This document shows positions 34,984 through 45,600 of a DNA stretch of 64,000 nt, piece by piece. This DNA comes from Terriglobales bacterium (lineage in GTDB: Bacteria > Acidobacteriota > Terriglobia > Terriglobales > Acidobacteriaceae). Within the stretch, counting starts at the first letter, position 1. Each line of letters opens with the position of its first letter. A model generated the notes under the pieces. That model did not search any database. It saw only the letters and a program-made list of their open reading frames with translations, and had not been told where the DNA came from. The DNA lies in assembly GCA_049511995.1 (NCBI GenBank), contig JBEKXO010000009.1, positions 2,333 through 66,332 on the forward strand, given 5' to 3'. Position numbers and translations under genes: made by a program.

Positions 34984-35175
34984 TTATGCAGAGAGGGTGC
35001 ACGAATGACGAGTAGTGTTGGAAAAGGGATTAGCGCAACGACCGAGCGGCGTGAAGTCTACGTCAAGTGAAGCCGCGATTGCAACGGATAAGCATGCGGG
35101 TCCAGGTAGCAGGGGTAGATCGTTATAGCCCATGGCGGCGGGCGTCGTCAAGATCGCAATCGGATTGTCCCCCAC
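34984..35175 (-). CDS. possible small Cys-containing ORF between the radical SAM and transglutaminase genes (speculative)
   Basis: The 63-codon ORF fills the gap exactly. It lies 13 nt after the rSAM stop and its stop is 11 nt before the TGase ATG. It has a GTG start without a clear SD. Three Cys are present (PACLS, GRCAN, HSCTL). Confidence 0.25.
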   Translation of the reverse strand: MGDNPIAILTTPAAMGYNDLPLLPGPACLSVAIAASLDVDFTPLGRCANPFSNTTRHSCTLSA

Positions 35176-35188
35176 TACGCTTCACGAG

Positions 35189-36250
35189 TCAAACACGCCT
35201 GGCAATGACTACGGTGGTGCAGGAACTGCTCAGCTTGGGCAGATCACGCGTGGCGGCCATGCGGATATCGAGCTTAGGGCGTTGCCCACGAACGATCGGA
35301 CAATAGCAATCAGGCTCTAGCAGTGCGCCCTGGAGGCGTCGACGTCCGGCACAGCCACCATGGCATGAGTCGCGGAATTCGCAGGGCCGGCAGGCGTCGG
35401 GAAGCGTGCGGGCTCGGTCGAACGGGGCGGAGTCTAGAATGTCGAGCCCCATCGAGATTAAATCCGACAATGGCTCGCCTGCTCCTGGCCAATAAACGCA
35501 AGGCTGTGTGGTGGCGCGCGGCGTAACCCTCACGGTGCTTACTCCGCATCCTCCCGGGAGCCGCTGGAGGCCTGCCATCGCTCGAACCAACGGCTCGCCG
35601 ATGGCGATCACGTCCGTCTCCGCAAAGAGACGCTGGAATCCTTCCCAATATTCTTCATAGGACAACGCGTAAATGTCAGATCGCACCGCCTGGTAGACGT
35701 TTATGCGCAGGGGAGCGTCAAACTTTTTGGCGACGCGCGCGACCTCGGCCAGACGCAGGTAGTTCGACTTCATCATGACCGCGATGATAGTCACGGGCAC
35801 GCCGAGGGTCATGCAACGTTCCGCCTGCTGGTGAATCAGCGCCCAGTTGCCGGGCCCGCGCTGTGCATCCTGCTCGGCTTCGGTCGGATAATCGAGAGAA
35901 AACTCAATGTCGTGAAAGGCGTGCAGTTCATCGTCCTCCAAAACCGCAACGCTGTGGCCGTTGGAAGTAATGGTGAGTTTGACCGGTTGCGTTCGCAGGT
36001 AGCCGAGTATCGCCTTAAAGTCTGGATGCATGCCATTCTCGCCCGTGCCCAAATTCACCGAGCGGATAGGCAGCCGATCCATGACGCGCTTCACCTGATC
36101 AAGAGAGAGGCGATCGGTGCGGGCTGGATCGCGGTAGCAGAAAGCGCAGGAGAGGTTACATTCGTTGGTGAGTCCGAGCCCAAGTGAAATCGTGGCGCCA
36201 GGCGCGGTCGTCGACAAGGGGATGGAGGATGACTTAGCGATGTCCTTCAT
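35189..36250 (-). CDS. radical SAM enzyme with a C-terminal SPASM domain
   Basis: The CxxxCxxC cluster is CNLSCAFC. The SPASM signature CRPCEFRDSCHGGC matches CX2CX5CX3C, with flanking Cys. The preferred start is ATG 36250 (MKDIAKSS). Confidence 0.85.
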   Translation of the reverse strand: MKDIAKSSSIPLSTTAPGATISLGLGLTNECNLSCAFCYRDPARTDRLSLDQVKRVMDRLPIRSVNLGTGENGMHPDFKAILGYLRTQPVKLTITSNGHSVAVLEDDELHAFHDIEFSLDYPTEAEQDAQRGPGNWALIHQQAERCMTLGVPVTIIAVMMKSNYLRLAEVARVAKKFDAPLRINVYQAVRSDIYALSYEEYWEGFQRLFAETDVIAIGEPLVRAMAGLQRLPGGCGVSTVRVTPRATTQPCVYWPGAGEPLSDLISMGLDILDSAPFDRARTLPDACRPCEFRDSCHGGCAGRRRLQGALLEPDCYCPIVRGQRPKLDIRMAATRDLPKLSSSCTTVVIARRV

Positions 36251-36279
36251 TGGAAATATTCTCCATCCACCACCAACCA

Positions 36280-37077
36280 TCACGCCAAACGCGCGATGCA
36301 TTGTGTGTAGCGTGCGATCGCCGCATACTCCGGCCGCGTGCCAAGTTTGCGCTCCAACTCAAAAATCCGCTCGTACTCCGAGATCCGCGAGATTTGCGAA
36401 GGCAGGTAATCCGCCACGCCCCGCACGCCCCGCTCGGCAATCACCGCCAGCGACGCAGCGTTCAGCATGGCTTGCAGGCTAGCTAGCGTAAACAGTCTCA
36501 CCCGCCCTCCGTATAAAGAGTCCTGTCCCCACTCAGCGGTGAGATTATTTTCCGCAGCCGCTAAATCACCCAGTTGTATCGCGGCCTTCAATACTTCGCC
36601 GGCCCGGTTCCGCACAAGGATCGACAATATCGCTGAGGCATCCCGCAAGGCGCGAGCCGCGCCGCACAACACAGCAATCGGGTCGTCGAGAAATTCCAAT
36701 ACGTTGTGGCAAAGAATTAGATCGAACGATGCCGAGGGAAACAAGCCCGTCAACTGAGAAGCATCTCCATGTTGCAGCACAACATTCCCAGCAACTCCTG
36801 CTTCCTGCGCCTTGCGTTTCGCTATATCCAGCATCGCCGGAGACGAATCGAAGAGCGTAACCTGCATGCCAAGAAGTGCCAGGCGGACCCCCAAGGCTCC
36901 GGTGCCGCACCCGAGATCCAGCGCACACAACGCCCTCCCGGCCTGCGACCGAGGAAGAAAATCCTCCAAATTCGCGAAAGCCAAGTCGGTGCGCAGTCGG
37001 CCCTCGGGTGTCTCAAGATAGGCGGCATATTTCTTCGCTTCGCGCTGGAATCGTTCGTCGACGGTCATGGTAGTCAT
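36280..37077 (-). CDS. class I SAM-dependent methyltransferase
   Basis: Motif I is LDLGCGTGALGVRLA, followed by FDSSPAML and VLQHGDA. Confidence 0.85.
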   Translation of the reverse strand: MTTMTVDERFQREAKKYAAYLETPEGRLRTDLAFANLEDFLPRSQAGRALCALDLGCGTGALGVRLALLGMQVTLFDSSPAMLDIAKRKAQEAGVAGNVVLQHGDASQLTGLFPSASFDLILCHNVLEFLDDPIAVLCGAARALRDASAILSILVRNRAGEVLKAAIQLGDLAAAENNLTAEWGQDSLYGGRVRLFTLASLQAMLNAASLAVIAERGVRGVADYLPSQISRISEYERIFELERKLGTRPEYAAIARYTQCIARLA

Positions 37078-37111
37078 TTTTATCCGACACCCATTCTTAT
37101 GGGGGACTCAT

Positions 37112-38884
37112 TTAAGCGACACTTAAGCGCAGCCTTTCCCCCATCCAGTCACTGGCAAGAACTAATGCGTAGATTAAGAGGATAAGGGTGGTCAAGCGAG
37201 AGTAGAAACCGAGTTGGACGTTATTGTAGATTACCTGCCCCAATCCGCCCCCGCCAACCAAACCTAAAATGGTTGACGCCCGCAGATTGGTCTCCCACCG
37301 CAGAACGGTGTAGCTGCTCAGCAGAGGCCGTGCTTGCGGCCAGATCGCCCACAGCAACACCTGGAGAGGATTAGCCCCTAGGGAACGCAATGCCTCAACG
37401 GGACGAATTGGCACCTCCTCCATCGTTTCTGCATACAGTTTGCCCAGCACGCCAGTCGTGTGGAGTCCAAGAGCAATCGTGCCGGCGAAAGGCCCGATGC
37501 CCACAGCCAGGATGCAGATCAGAACCCAAACCAATTCAGGGATCGAGCGCAGGATATTAAGCACTAACCGCGCAATCCAAAACAGGAGCCACCGCAGTAC
37601 TCGATCAACAATCCTATGCCCCCCGGGAGAATCACCGCGCACCAGAATGAGTGTGGACGTCGCCGGCACGGCCAATATGACTGCGAACGCCATGCCGATC
37701 ACGGTGCCCATCAACGAGATGGCGATCGTTTGCAGGAGAGGAATTCCAAGGCTGCCTATGAAAGCCCAGCTTACGTCGATGGGCAACATGCGGCGAACAA
37801 AGTCGGTCAGTCGGCTGGCAACTCCGGCTTGAATCAGCGCTTCGGGCGTGAAACCCGCGAGCGCAAAACTAGCTACCATCAGGGAAAAAGCTGCCATCCA
37901 GGCGACGAGCCTGCGAGATTTGCCTGTCAATATTCGGAGAGGCGATTTGGGTTCCGGTCTGATTTCGCTCGCACTCATTGCCCTGCTGACGGAGCGAGCG
38001 CGCAAGTAGCGGCTGGCCACGTCGGTGAGGATCAGCAACACGATGAAAACGAGGAGCAGAGTCAGCACCTGGCCGTATTCGAACAGTCTCATGGAAACGC
38101 TGATTTCATAGCCGATGCCGCCCGCCCCCACGAATCCAAGAACTGCTGCCGCCCGCACGCAGCACTCAAACGAATAGAGCGTGTAGGCCGTCAGATGCGG
38201 CAGGGCCTGCGGCCACACACCGCGAAGAAAAATCTGCATGCGCGTAGCACCGGTAGACTGGAGCGCCTCGAGCGGTTGCGGATCAACGTGTTCGAAGACG
38301 TCGGCGTAGACGCGACCAAGCACTCCGCTATAGGCCACTGCAAGAGCGAGCGTTCCGGGAAGGGACCCGAGTCCCACCGCTGCCACAAAGAGCAAAGCCC
38401 AGACCAGATCGGGTACGGCCCGCAAGAAACCCAATATTGTCCGCGCTAACCGGCTTGCCATCCAGCCGATCCGGTATGCGAAGCGATCGTCGGCAGCCAC
38501 CAAGACTCCGCGGTTCCACAAGGTGCCGGTGGCCAAAACTCCCAGCGGGAGAGCGACTATAAGGGAGAGAAGTGTGCCCGCGACCGCAGTGGCCATGGTT
38601 TGAGCCGCTGCGCGCAGCACAATACGGAGAAATTCGGGCGACAGATCGGGCGGAAAGAGCTGCCGCACAAGATTCCAGATTGCGGTCGCCGTGGCAGGTC
38701 GCAGCAAGAGTTCGGGACGCACATCGGCAAACCGCCAGGAGAAACCCAGCAATGCAATCGCCGCAAGGAGGGACAATATGCCGCGCGGCGTCATCAGCGG
38801 GTAATGGCGTGCCGGGATACTATCGAGCGCAGCGGAATTTGTATTGGAAGTTGTCGCCATCGTGATCGCCAGGTGATTTGCCAT
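37112..38884 (-). CDS. phnE: phosphonate/phosphite ABC transporter permease, fused double PhnE
   Basis: The 590-aa protein has two tandem PhnE-like halves, each with an EA-x-x-x-GA loop (EALQSTGATRMQ and EALRSLGANPLQ). Confidence 0.8.
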   Translation of the reverse strand: MANHLAITMATTSNTNSAALDSIPARHYPLMTPRGILSLLAAIALLGFSWRFADVRPELLLRPATATAIWNLVRQLFPPDLSPEFLRIVLRAAAQTMATAVAGTLLSLIVALPLGVLATGTLWNRGVLVAADDRFAYRIGWMASRLARTILGFLRAVPDLVWALLFVAAVGLGSLPGTLALAVAYSGVLGRVYADVFEHVDPQPLEALQSTGATRMQIFLRGVWPQALPHLTAYTLYSFECCVRAAAVLGFVGAGGIGYEISVSMRLFEYGQVLTLLLVFIVLLILTDVASRYLRARSVSRAMSASEIRPEPKSPLRILTGKSRRLVAWMAAFSLMVASFALAGFTPEALIQAGVASRLTDFVRRMLPIDVSWAFIGSLGIPLLQTIAISLMGTVIGMAFAVILAVPATSTLILVRGDSPGGHRIVDRVLRWLLFWIARLVLNILRSIPELVWVLICILAVGIGPFAGTIALGLHTTGVLGKLYAETMEEVPIRPVEALRSLGANPLQVLLWAIWPQARPLLSSYTVLRWETNLRASTILGLVGGGGLGQVIYNNVQLGFYSRLTTLILLIYALVLASDWMGERLRLSVA

Positions 38885-39635
38885 CTCTCGCGTACAGGCG
38901 GTTCAGAAGGTCGCCCTGCACCTCGGATTGAGGCACATCAAACGACAACCCGCCTGCGCGCAGCCCCACCACGCGCGGAAAGTATCGCGTTGCCAGATCT
39001 ACTTTGTGGACCGCCATGACCAACGTTTTCCGCCCGTCTCGCGCCAGTCCGGCGAGCAGCGAAGTCATCGTTTCCGCCAACTCTGGATCGAGCGAGGCCG
39101 TAGGCTCATCCGCCAAGATGACGTCGGGTGATTGCATCAGCACACGCGCCGCTGCCAGACGCTGTTGTTGGCCGCCGGAAAGTTCATCGGCGCGGGCTGC
39201 GCGTTTGTCTGCCAGACCAACCAGTTCGAGGGCGTGCAGTGCGAGTTCCGAGTCAGCCTTGGTAGGCCGAAAGATGCCGCGCAGTGTGCTCAAGAGAGAC
39301 ATTCGTCCGAGCGCCCCGCAAAGTGTATTCTCGAGCGCCGTCAGTGAAGGAACGAGGTTGTGCTGCTGATAAATCGTACCCACTCGCCGGCGCATGGCTC
39401 TTATTCCGCTGCCGGTTAGCGAAGCAGTATCGCGCCCGTCAAAGAACAACGCGCCGGCAGTCGGCCTCAACGTGCCATTCAGCAATCGAAACAGCGTCGA
39501 CTTGCCCGCTCCAGACTGACCAAGCAGGGCGATCTGCTCTCCCGGACGCACCTGTAGCGTGACCCCGTCGAGCGCCTGCACCTTCTCGCGGCGTTGCACA
39601 AAGAACTTGCTGACGCTGTTAAGCGAATAGATCAC
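38820..39635 (-). CDS. phnC: phosphonate ABC transporter ATP-binding protein
   Basis: Walker A is GQSGAGKST, the signature is LSGGQQQR and Walker B is ILADEP. It is flanked by phnD and phnE. Confidence 0.85.
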   Translation of the reverse strand: MIYSLNSVSKFFVQRREKVQALDGVTLQVRPGEQIALLGQSGAGKSTLFRLLNGTLRPTAGALFFDGRDTASLTGSGIRAMRRRVGTIYQQHNLVPSLTALENTLCGALGRMSLLSTLRGIFRPTKADSELALHALELVGLADKRAARADELSGGQQQRLAAARVLMQSPDVILADEPTASLDPELAETMTSLLAGLARDGRKTLVMAVHKVDLATRYFPRVVGLRAGGLSFDVPQSEVQGDLLNRLYARDGKSPGDHDGDNFQYKFRCAR

Positions 39636-40525
39636 TTCAGAAGCCCTTCGTCCTGGGCCGCCTGTCGCAGCCTGTTGTAACTGGAATTATCGGCGCGCAT
39701 GTATTTGGTCGCATTAAGCAGGTCAAGGAGGACCTTCTGTTCTGGGTTCGATGCATCGAGCTTCAGCAAAGCATCGCCAAAACTTTGACTTAGCTTCGGA
39801 TCAAGCCCTTTGCGCGCGGCCCAGACATAGTCGAAGAACGAGGGGGTAGTGTAAAAGACCTTCACTCGTTCCGGCGTGATTTTCCCCGACTTCATCATGT
39901 TGCCGTAAACCAGTTCATCCATCGCACCGGCATCCACTTTGCCGTTGGCGACCGCCAGTGCGGTTGCGTCATGGCCGCCGGTGTAGAGAGCCTTGGCAAT
40001 CACATCTTGATCGACATTAGCTGCCCGCATGTAATACGCCGGCATGAGATGTCCGGAGGTTGAATTCACGTCGCCGAAAGCAAACGAGTGTCCCTTCAGA
40101 TCGGCCAGCGTATTGATACCTGATTTCGGTTGAGTGATGAAGATGCTGTGAAAGTTCTGGTCGCGCTCGCGCTGTACAAGCGGAAGTACGCCGGCGCGCC
40201 GCGAAGCTTGTACGAAGGTAAAGCCGCCGAGATATGCGATATCCACCCTGTCATTGGCGATCGCCTCCACCACCGCCGCATAGTTTGTGGGAACCACGAG
40301 TTCGATTCGAGAGCCAGTCTCTTTCTCGAGATATTTCACCAGAGGCTGGCTGTCACGCACGACCTTTCCAGGGTCAGTGGAAGGGATCATGGCGAGCCGG
40401 AGGGTTTGCTCGGGTCTACCACCGCGGCCACCTGAGCAGCCGACCGTGACCAGCAACAGAATTACAAAGACTGCGAACGCTTTCTTCTGCATCGTTAGCC
40501 TCCAAGATTCTGCGTGAGAAGCCAC
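39632..40525 (-). CDS. phnD: phosphate/phosphite/phosphonate ABC substrate-binding protein
   Basis: A lipoprotein-like signal (VGCSGG) is followed by PhnD family features (LRLAMIPS, DIAYLGGFTFV, GHDATALAVANGKVDAG). Confidence 0.8.
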   Translation of the reverse strand: MASHAESWRLTMQKKAFAVFVILLLVTVGCSGGRGGRPEQTLRLAMIPSTDPGKVVRDSQPLVKYLEKETGSRIELVVPTNYAAVVEAIANDRVDIAYLGGFTFVQASRRAGVLPLVQRERDQNFHSIFITQPKSGINTLADLKGHSFAFGDVNSTSGHLMPAYYMRAANVDQDVIAKALYTGGHDATALAVANGKVDAGAMDELVYGNMMKSGKITPERVKVFYTTPSFFDYVWAARKGLDPKLSQSFGDALLKLDASNPEQKVLLDLLNATKYMRADNSSYNRLRQAAQDEGLLK

Positions 40526-40657
40526 AGCTTTGGCCCAAAGGATTCGTCAATCACGATGAAAAGTCTGGCAGAAGCCGCCTGCGATTGACAGTCTGGCGCT
40601 TGCGACTTGAGCAGGATAGCATTTGGCCCGCAGCAACCGGAGCACGCATCGGTGGGG

Positions 40658-41629
40658 TTATCGCTGTGAGCTAGTTTCGCGAAAGAAACGCCAAATTTCG
40701 GCGCTGGCATTGGGGCCTTTAGGGTCTCCATGGGCGCTGGGATGCGCAGAGCCGGACCATGCGTGGCCGAGGCCTTCGATCAACCATTTTTCCATCAGCA
40801 AGCGGTCGTCGGCTTCTACGTAAATGTATCTCTTGTAAGCATAGGTGTCCGGTCCTTTATCGGAGACACTGCCCTCGACCACTTTCTCCGCCAGAGCGAA
40901 TCCGGTCTCTTGATGCTCGGCGGCGAGTAGAGCATTGGTTTTGCTCCACTGGATGATCGCTTGATCGGAGTTGACCGGGGTTACGCGAGTGTCCGCAGTA
41001 CCGTGAAAAACAATGACCGGCATGCGTCGCCTGTCCTTGCGGGCTAGACCGGTGCGCATGGCTTCGAAGGCCAGCTCTCCTTGACGTACAGGATCCGGGC
41101 CGCCGTGCTTCATCGCGGCCATCCCTTCGGAGAGATTCGAGGCGGCTTTGTATTCGGTTCCGGAGCATACTGCAACGGCGGCGAAAACATCTGGGTAGGT
41201 CGCGGCCATGATGGCGGCCATCGCACCCCCGGCCGAGATTCCGGCAACATAAATCCGCTCTCGATCGACGTTGTGGTTGGAGCAAACCTCGTCAATCACT
41301 GCGGCAAGAATCGCAGGTTCGCCTGTGCCGCGCATCTGGTGTTGGGGATGAAACCATCGCCAACACTTCATCAGATTGGCCAAGCGCGACTGTTCGGGAT
41401 AGACCACCAGGAAGTGGTTGGCATTGGCGACTTCGTTCATGCCGGAAATATCGGCCATTTCCTTTGCATCAAGGGTGCAACCGTGCAGCAGCATGACGAG
41501 AGGCCGAGGGCGTTTCTCTTCTGGAGTTTCGGAGAGCGTTTCAGGCACCCAGAGCTTGAAATGGCGCGAGCCGCCGGCCGCGCGCGCGGTGCCGCTGAGC
41601 CATTCACCATTCGATTCGTTTTGCGCCAT
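40658..41629 (-). CDS. PHB-depolymerase-family esterase (LpqC/COG3509-like), no signal peptide
   Basis: It contains PLVMLLHGCT, VVYPEQS, CWRWF, RGTGEPA, the nucleophile elbow VAGISAGGAMAA and YPDVFAAVAVCSG. Confidence 0.8.
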   Translation of the reverse strand: MAQNESNGEWLSGTARAAGGSRHFKLWVPETLSETPEEKRPRPLVMLLHGCTLDAKEMADISGMNEVANANHFLVVYPEQSRLANLMKCWRWFHPQHQMRGTGEPAILAAVIDEVCSNHNVDRERIYVAGISAGGAMAAIMAATYPDVFAAVAVCSGTEYKAASNLSEGMAAMKHGGPDPVRQGELAFEAMRTGLARKDRRRMPVIVFHGTADTRVTPVNSDQAIIQWSKTNALLAAEHQETGFALAEKVVEGSVSDKGPDTYAYKRYIYVEADDRLLMEKWLIEGLGHAWSGSAHPSAHGDPKGPNASAEIWRFFRETSSQR

Positions 41630-41634
41630 GGCTC

Positions 41635-42561
41635 TCAAGAACGCGGACGACTGGCCAGTTCACAGATGAGATCGGCGATCGTCGCGGCTGGGCGCTCACC
41701 CAATACGATGGTGTAATGCGTTGTGCCGGGAAATTTCCGGTCCTCGATATGAGGCAGGTAGGTGCGGAATTGCGCTGCGAGGGCATCGGGAAAAAGTGGT
41801 GGCTGGCCGGGGACGAAACCGCTCTCGGCGCGGAGCAATATAGTGGGCACACGAATACCTTTCAGGCGTTCGGTGATTGCGTCCGGCTGAAATGCTTCGC
41901 GCAGATCGGCAAGCACTCCCGCCTCGGACGCTTTGGGCTGCACCGGTGAATCACCGCCGACTTCATAATCCAGAAAAGCTTCGATCCATGGATTCCACTC
42001 TCCGGCGGGGAAATGCGGCTGGCTTCGCCAGAAATCGCGGTAGGCCTGGCGGGAGGGATAGGTTTGACGCAGTTGAGTGATGCGCAGCGCAAGGGCGGCC
42101 GCGACGCCTTGTCCGGAAGCATCGCCGGTGGGCGTGTTTGGCACAAGGCCGCCATCGATTAAGACGAGACCAGAGACGAGGCTCGGTTCCTGCGCGGCGA
42201 GTGCGGTCGCCACGAAGGCGCCCATGGAATGACCAATGACGATACTTGGGCCAAGTCCCATGGCGCGCATCGCTGCGGCAACATCGCGCGCGTGTTGGAC
42301 AAAACCGTAAGGACCTTCGGGTTTGCCGGAATCGCCGCGGCCTCTCAGGTCGAGCCCAAAGAACGCGCATCGGCCGGCTAGGCGCTCGGCGATGCCGACG
42401 AAGTTCATGTGCGACGCGGTCAGGCCGTGCAACGCAACTACGGGAGCGCCGCGGCCGGGCCAGAAACCGAATGCGAGTTCCACGCCATCGCCTGACACGC
42501 GGCCCTGGGCTGGGCGGGTGACTCGCAGACCATTCTTCAAAGGCACATTCTCGGGAGTCAT
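41635..42561 (-). CDS. alpha/beta-fold hydrolase
   Basis: It contains VVALHGLTASHMNF, DLRGRGDS and the nucleophile elbow GHSMGAF. Confidence 0.85.
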   Translation of the reverse strand: MTPENVPLKNGLRVTRPAQGRVSGDGVELAFGFWPGRGAPVVALHGLTASHMNFVGIAERLAGRCAFFGLDLRGRGDSGKPEGPYGFVQHARDVAAAMRAMGLGPSIVIGHSMGAFVATALAAQEPSLVSGLVLIDGGLVPNTPTGDASGQGVAAALALRITQLRQTYPSRQAYRDFWRSQPHFPAGEWNPWIEAFLDYEVGGDSPVQPKASEAGVLADLREAFQPDAITERLKGIRVPTILLRAESGFVPGQPPLFPDALAAQFRTYLPHIEDRKFPGTTHYTIVLGERPAATIADLICELASRPRS

Positions 42562-42605
42562 AGCCTTAAATTCTAGTTGACTGCATGCTAGTTAACTGCT
42601 GGCAG

Positions 42606-45600
42606 CTAGAAATTTACCTTCAACGCGAACTGAATCACCCGCGGCCCGGTGCTGGGCTCCAGTATCTGTCCGAACGAGGGTGATGCGATGACGTTATCTG
42701 GATTTTGGAAGGACACATTATTGAATGCGTTGAAGAATTCCGACCGGAATTCAACCTTCGCCCTCTCAGTGACGGGAAAGAACTTTACCACCGAGATATC
42801 CACATTTTTTTGATTCGGGCCGCGCAGAATGTTGCGCCCGGTGTTGCCAAAACCACCCGCGGCATCGGCAGTTGCCGACGCGAAACACGCCGTGTTGAAG
42901 TACATATCTAACCGCGACCGCACGCTGCCACCTTCCGTCGGATTGCATCCCGGAACATAGTTGGCACGCGCCTGTATAAAAGCGGTGTCATTGGTCAGCA
43001 CCGAAAAGGGTGTGCCACTTTGTAGTTGGATGACGCTGGATAACTCCCATCCATTAACTGCCTGCTTCGCGAAACCGGATGTTCCCTTGTAGAACTTCGG
43101 CAGATCGTAAATGCCGCTGAACACAAAGCGGTGGCGCCGATCGAAATCAGAACTGGCATAGTTATTCAACATGCCAGGCGCCTGGTTTCCCGGCACCACC
43201 GTGACGTCGCTGGTTCCCGTGGGGTCGCCCGAATAATCGTCAAAAGAATGGCTCCACGTGTAAGACGCAAGGAATTGCAGGCCGTAAGAGAAGCGTTTCT
43301 TGATACTTGCTTGCAGAGAGTTATAGCTCGAATCGGATGAACTCTGCATGACATGGAGACCGAAGCCCTGCACCGCGAGCGCAGACAGCCCCGGGGAATA
43401 GACTCCAGCAGGCCCGAGCGCTGTTTGAGCGACGGCCTGATTCAGGTCAACGAGCCGGTACAACTTGCGCCCCGCAGAGCCCACATAACTAAGATTTAAC
43501 ATCCAGTTATTCGCGAACTCGTTCTCAATTCCAAAGCCGTACTGCTGAATGTACGGTGTCCGAAAGTCGTGAAGATCAGGGTAGATTCCGTTGGCGGAAA
43601 CGTCCTGAACGGTCAACGGGAAGACAGCGCTCGCAGCTCGCGGCAGGAACGCGGGAGGGCCCCCAAAGGGAAACACCGAGGCGTTGTTGAATAGCAGTGG
43701 AAACTGGTCGGGCTGGGGAACTTGAACAAATGGAGTTGAGATCGGGGTCAAGAACGCCTGTGCCAACGTGTAGTAGGGAAAGTCCAAGATTTGATTGTTG
43801 AGCAGCCGGGAATTTGCCCGATCATAGTAAACGCCGTAACCGCCCCGTATTACGAGACGGTTGTCGGAGCGCGGCTGCCAGGCAAACCCGATTCGCGGTG
43901 CAAAGTTGTTCTTGTCAGGTGAGACGAGGGATGATCGCACCAGTGGCACTCCCGGCAAAGGATTGGTTGCGTTGGCGGCCTGCACGAATCCGCCCGTAAC
44001 CACCGCCCCGAGGCCGGGAACCTGAACCGTAGTCACGCGATCCGGGTCAAATCCAACGAAGCGTCCCTTCGATTCAGTGAACGGGCTGAAGTAATCGTAG
44101 CGGACACCGAGGGTGAGCGTTAACCGGTTCGTCACCCGCCAGTCGTCATTCACAAAGCCGTTCACATCGTGGGCCAGAACATCGCGGTTGTTTACTCCAG
44201 AGCCCATGATCGTCAGCCCGGCGGTGCCGGCGACTGCTCCCAGGAAATCGGCGAATGGATTTCCCGAAAATCCGAGAAAGAACATCTGGCCGCGAGTATA
44301 GAGGTTGAAAGTCTCGTTCAATTCGTGATGCTTATATTCGCCTCCGAACTTCAGACTGTGACGTCCCTTCTGCCAGCTCAACGTGTCATTTGCTGCATAG
44401 GTTTTCTCGACGCCAGTGTTATCCGCGAAGGGGCTCGCTCCCAGGTCGAACTCGTTGGCCACCGAGATCTCTGGCATGCCCGCGAACAAATTGCCAAGCG
44501 GTGAGCTGATACCCAACTGGGCCGCCGTGAATGGCTCCTGCGGCTGGGAACCAGTAGTGATAAAACCGAACCCAAAGTGCAGATTATTCACAATCCGCTG
44601 GGTGACAAGATACGTGTCGTCTACGGACAGTACCCTTTGATTGAGATTGGCGGTGCCGCCAAAACCAGGAACGGGGAGGGCGTTCGTCAGTCCGAACAAA
44701 TTGAACAGGGCCTGCGTAGCGGGATTGTTCGCGCCAAAGAATTTTGCGGACAGGCGGTTCTTGCTCGACAACTGGAAGTCCAGATTCCCATTGAGCTGGT
44801 CTTCCCGGAACTTGGAAATGCCTACGACGGGAGCGTTACAGAAGCCCTTAACCGGAACACAGTTGCTTGGTGCCGAGGGGATCACCAATTGTCCATTTGG
44901 CAACGTAGCCATCAGCAGAAAATCCGCCATTTGGTTATTGGCCTGAAGACATCCCAAATTCGGCGAAGTTGCGCAGAATGCCACTCCGTAAGATTGCGCC
45001 AAGTTGTCCAACGTTTGCTCGGAGCGGTCGTTCGTGAGGATACTGGGAACCACTACAGTGCCGACAGAGTTTAGCAGCGAGGTGCCGTTCCGTTCCCGGC
45101 TACCCTGATAGGAGACGAAAAAGAATACCCGGTCTTTCACCAGGGGTCCGCCCAGTGTGCCGCCAAACTGGTTGCGCTGGTATTGCGGTCGCGGCACTGC
45201 TGAACGGTTCAAAAAGTAGTTATTGGCGTTGAGATCTGTGTTGCGAAGAAATTCGTAGGCGTTGCCGTGAATGCTGTTGGTCCCTGACTTCGTGACCGCG
45301 GCCACAACTCCGCCGGCCACGCGCCCCTGGGAGGCGTCATATTGGCTGGTCTGGACGATAAATTCCTGTAGAGAATCGGTGGCTGGCACGGCCAGATTGG
45401 GGGTCGAGCCCGTGCCAATGGAGTTCGCGTCCGTACCATTGATGATCACCGAGTTCGAAGTCGAGCGCATCCCGTCCACATAGATTGGCGCCGCACCGCG
45501 TCCCAGCTCCGCCGAATTTTGCACTGGACCCGAGGTTCCGGGAGTCAGAGTTAGCAGTTGCTGGAAGTTTCTGGTCGGTAACGGCAGTTGTCGGATTTGT

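Noticed and set aside
27423-36301. Arsenosugar biosynthesis link (GT2 plus DUF2064 with a radical SAM enzyme and a methyltransferase)
   Set aside because: The rSAM here is a SPASM-type enzyme about 5 kb away on the opposite strand in a different operon. Its N-terminal cluster context does not resemble my recollection of ArsS. No arsenic resistance genes are present.
37616-38449. 277-aa plus-strand ORF
   Set aside because: It is antisense to phnE. It is Arg/His/Gly-rich and has no motifs.
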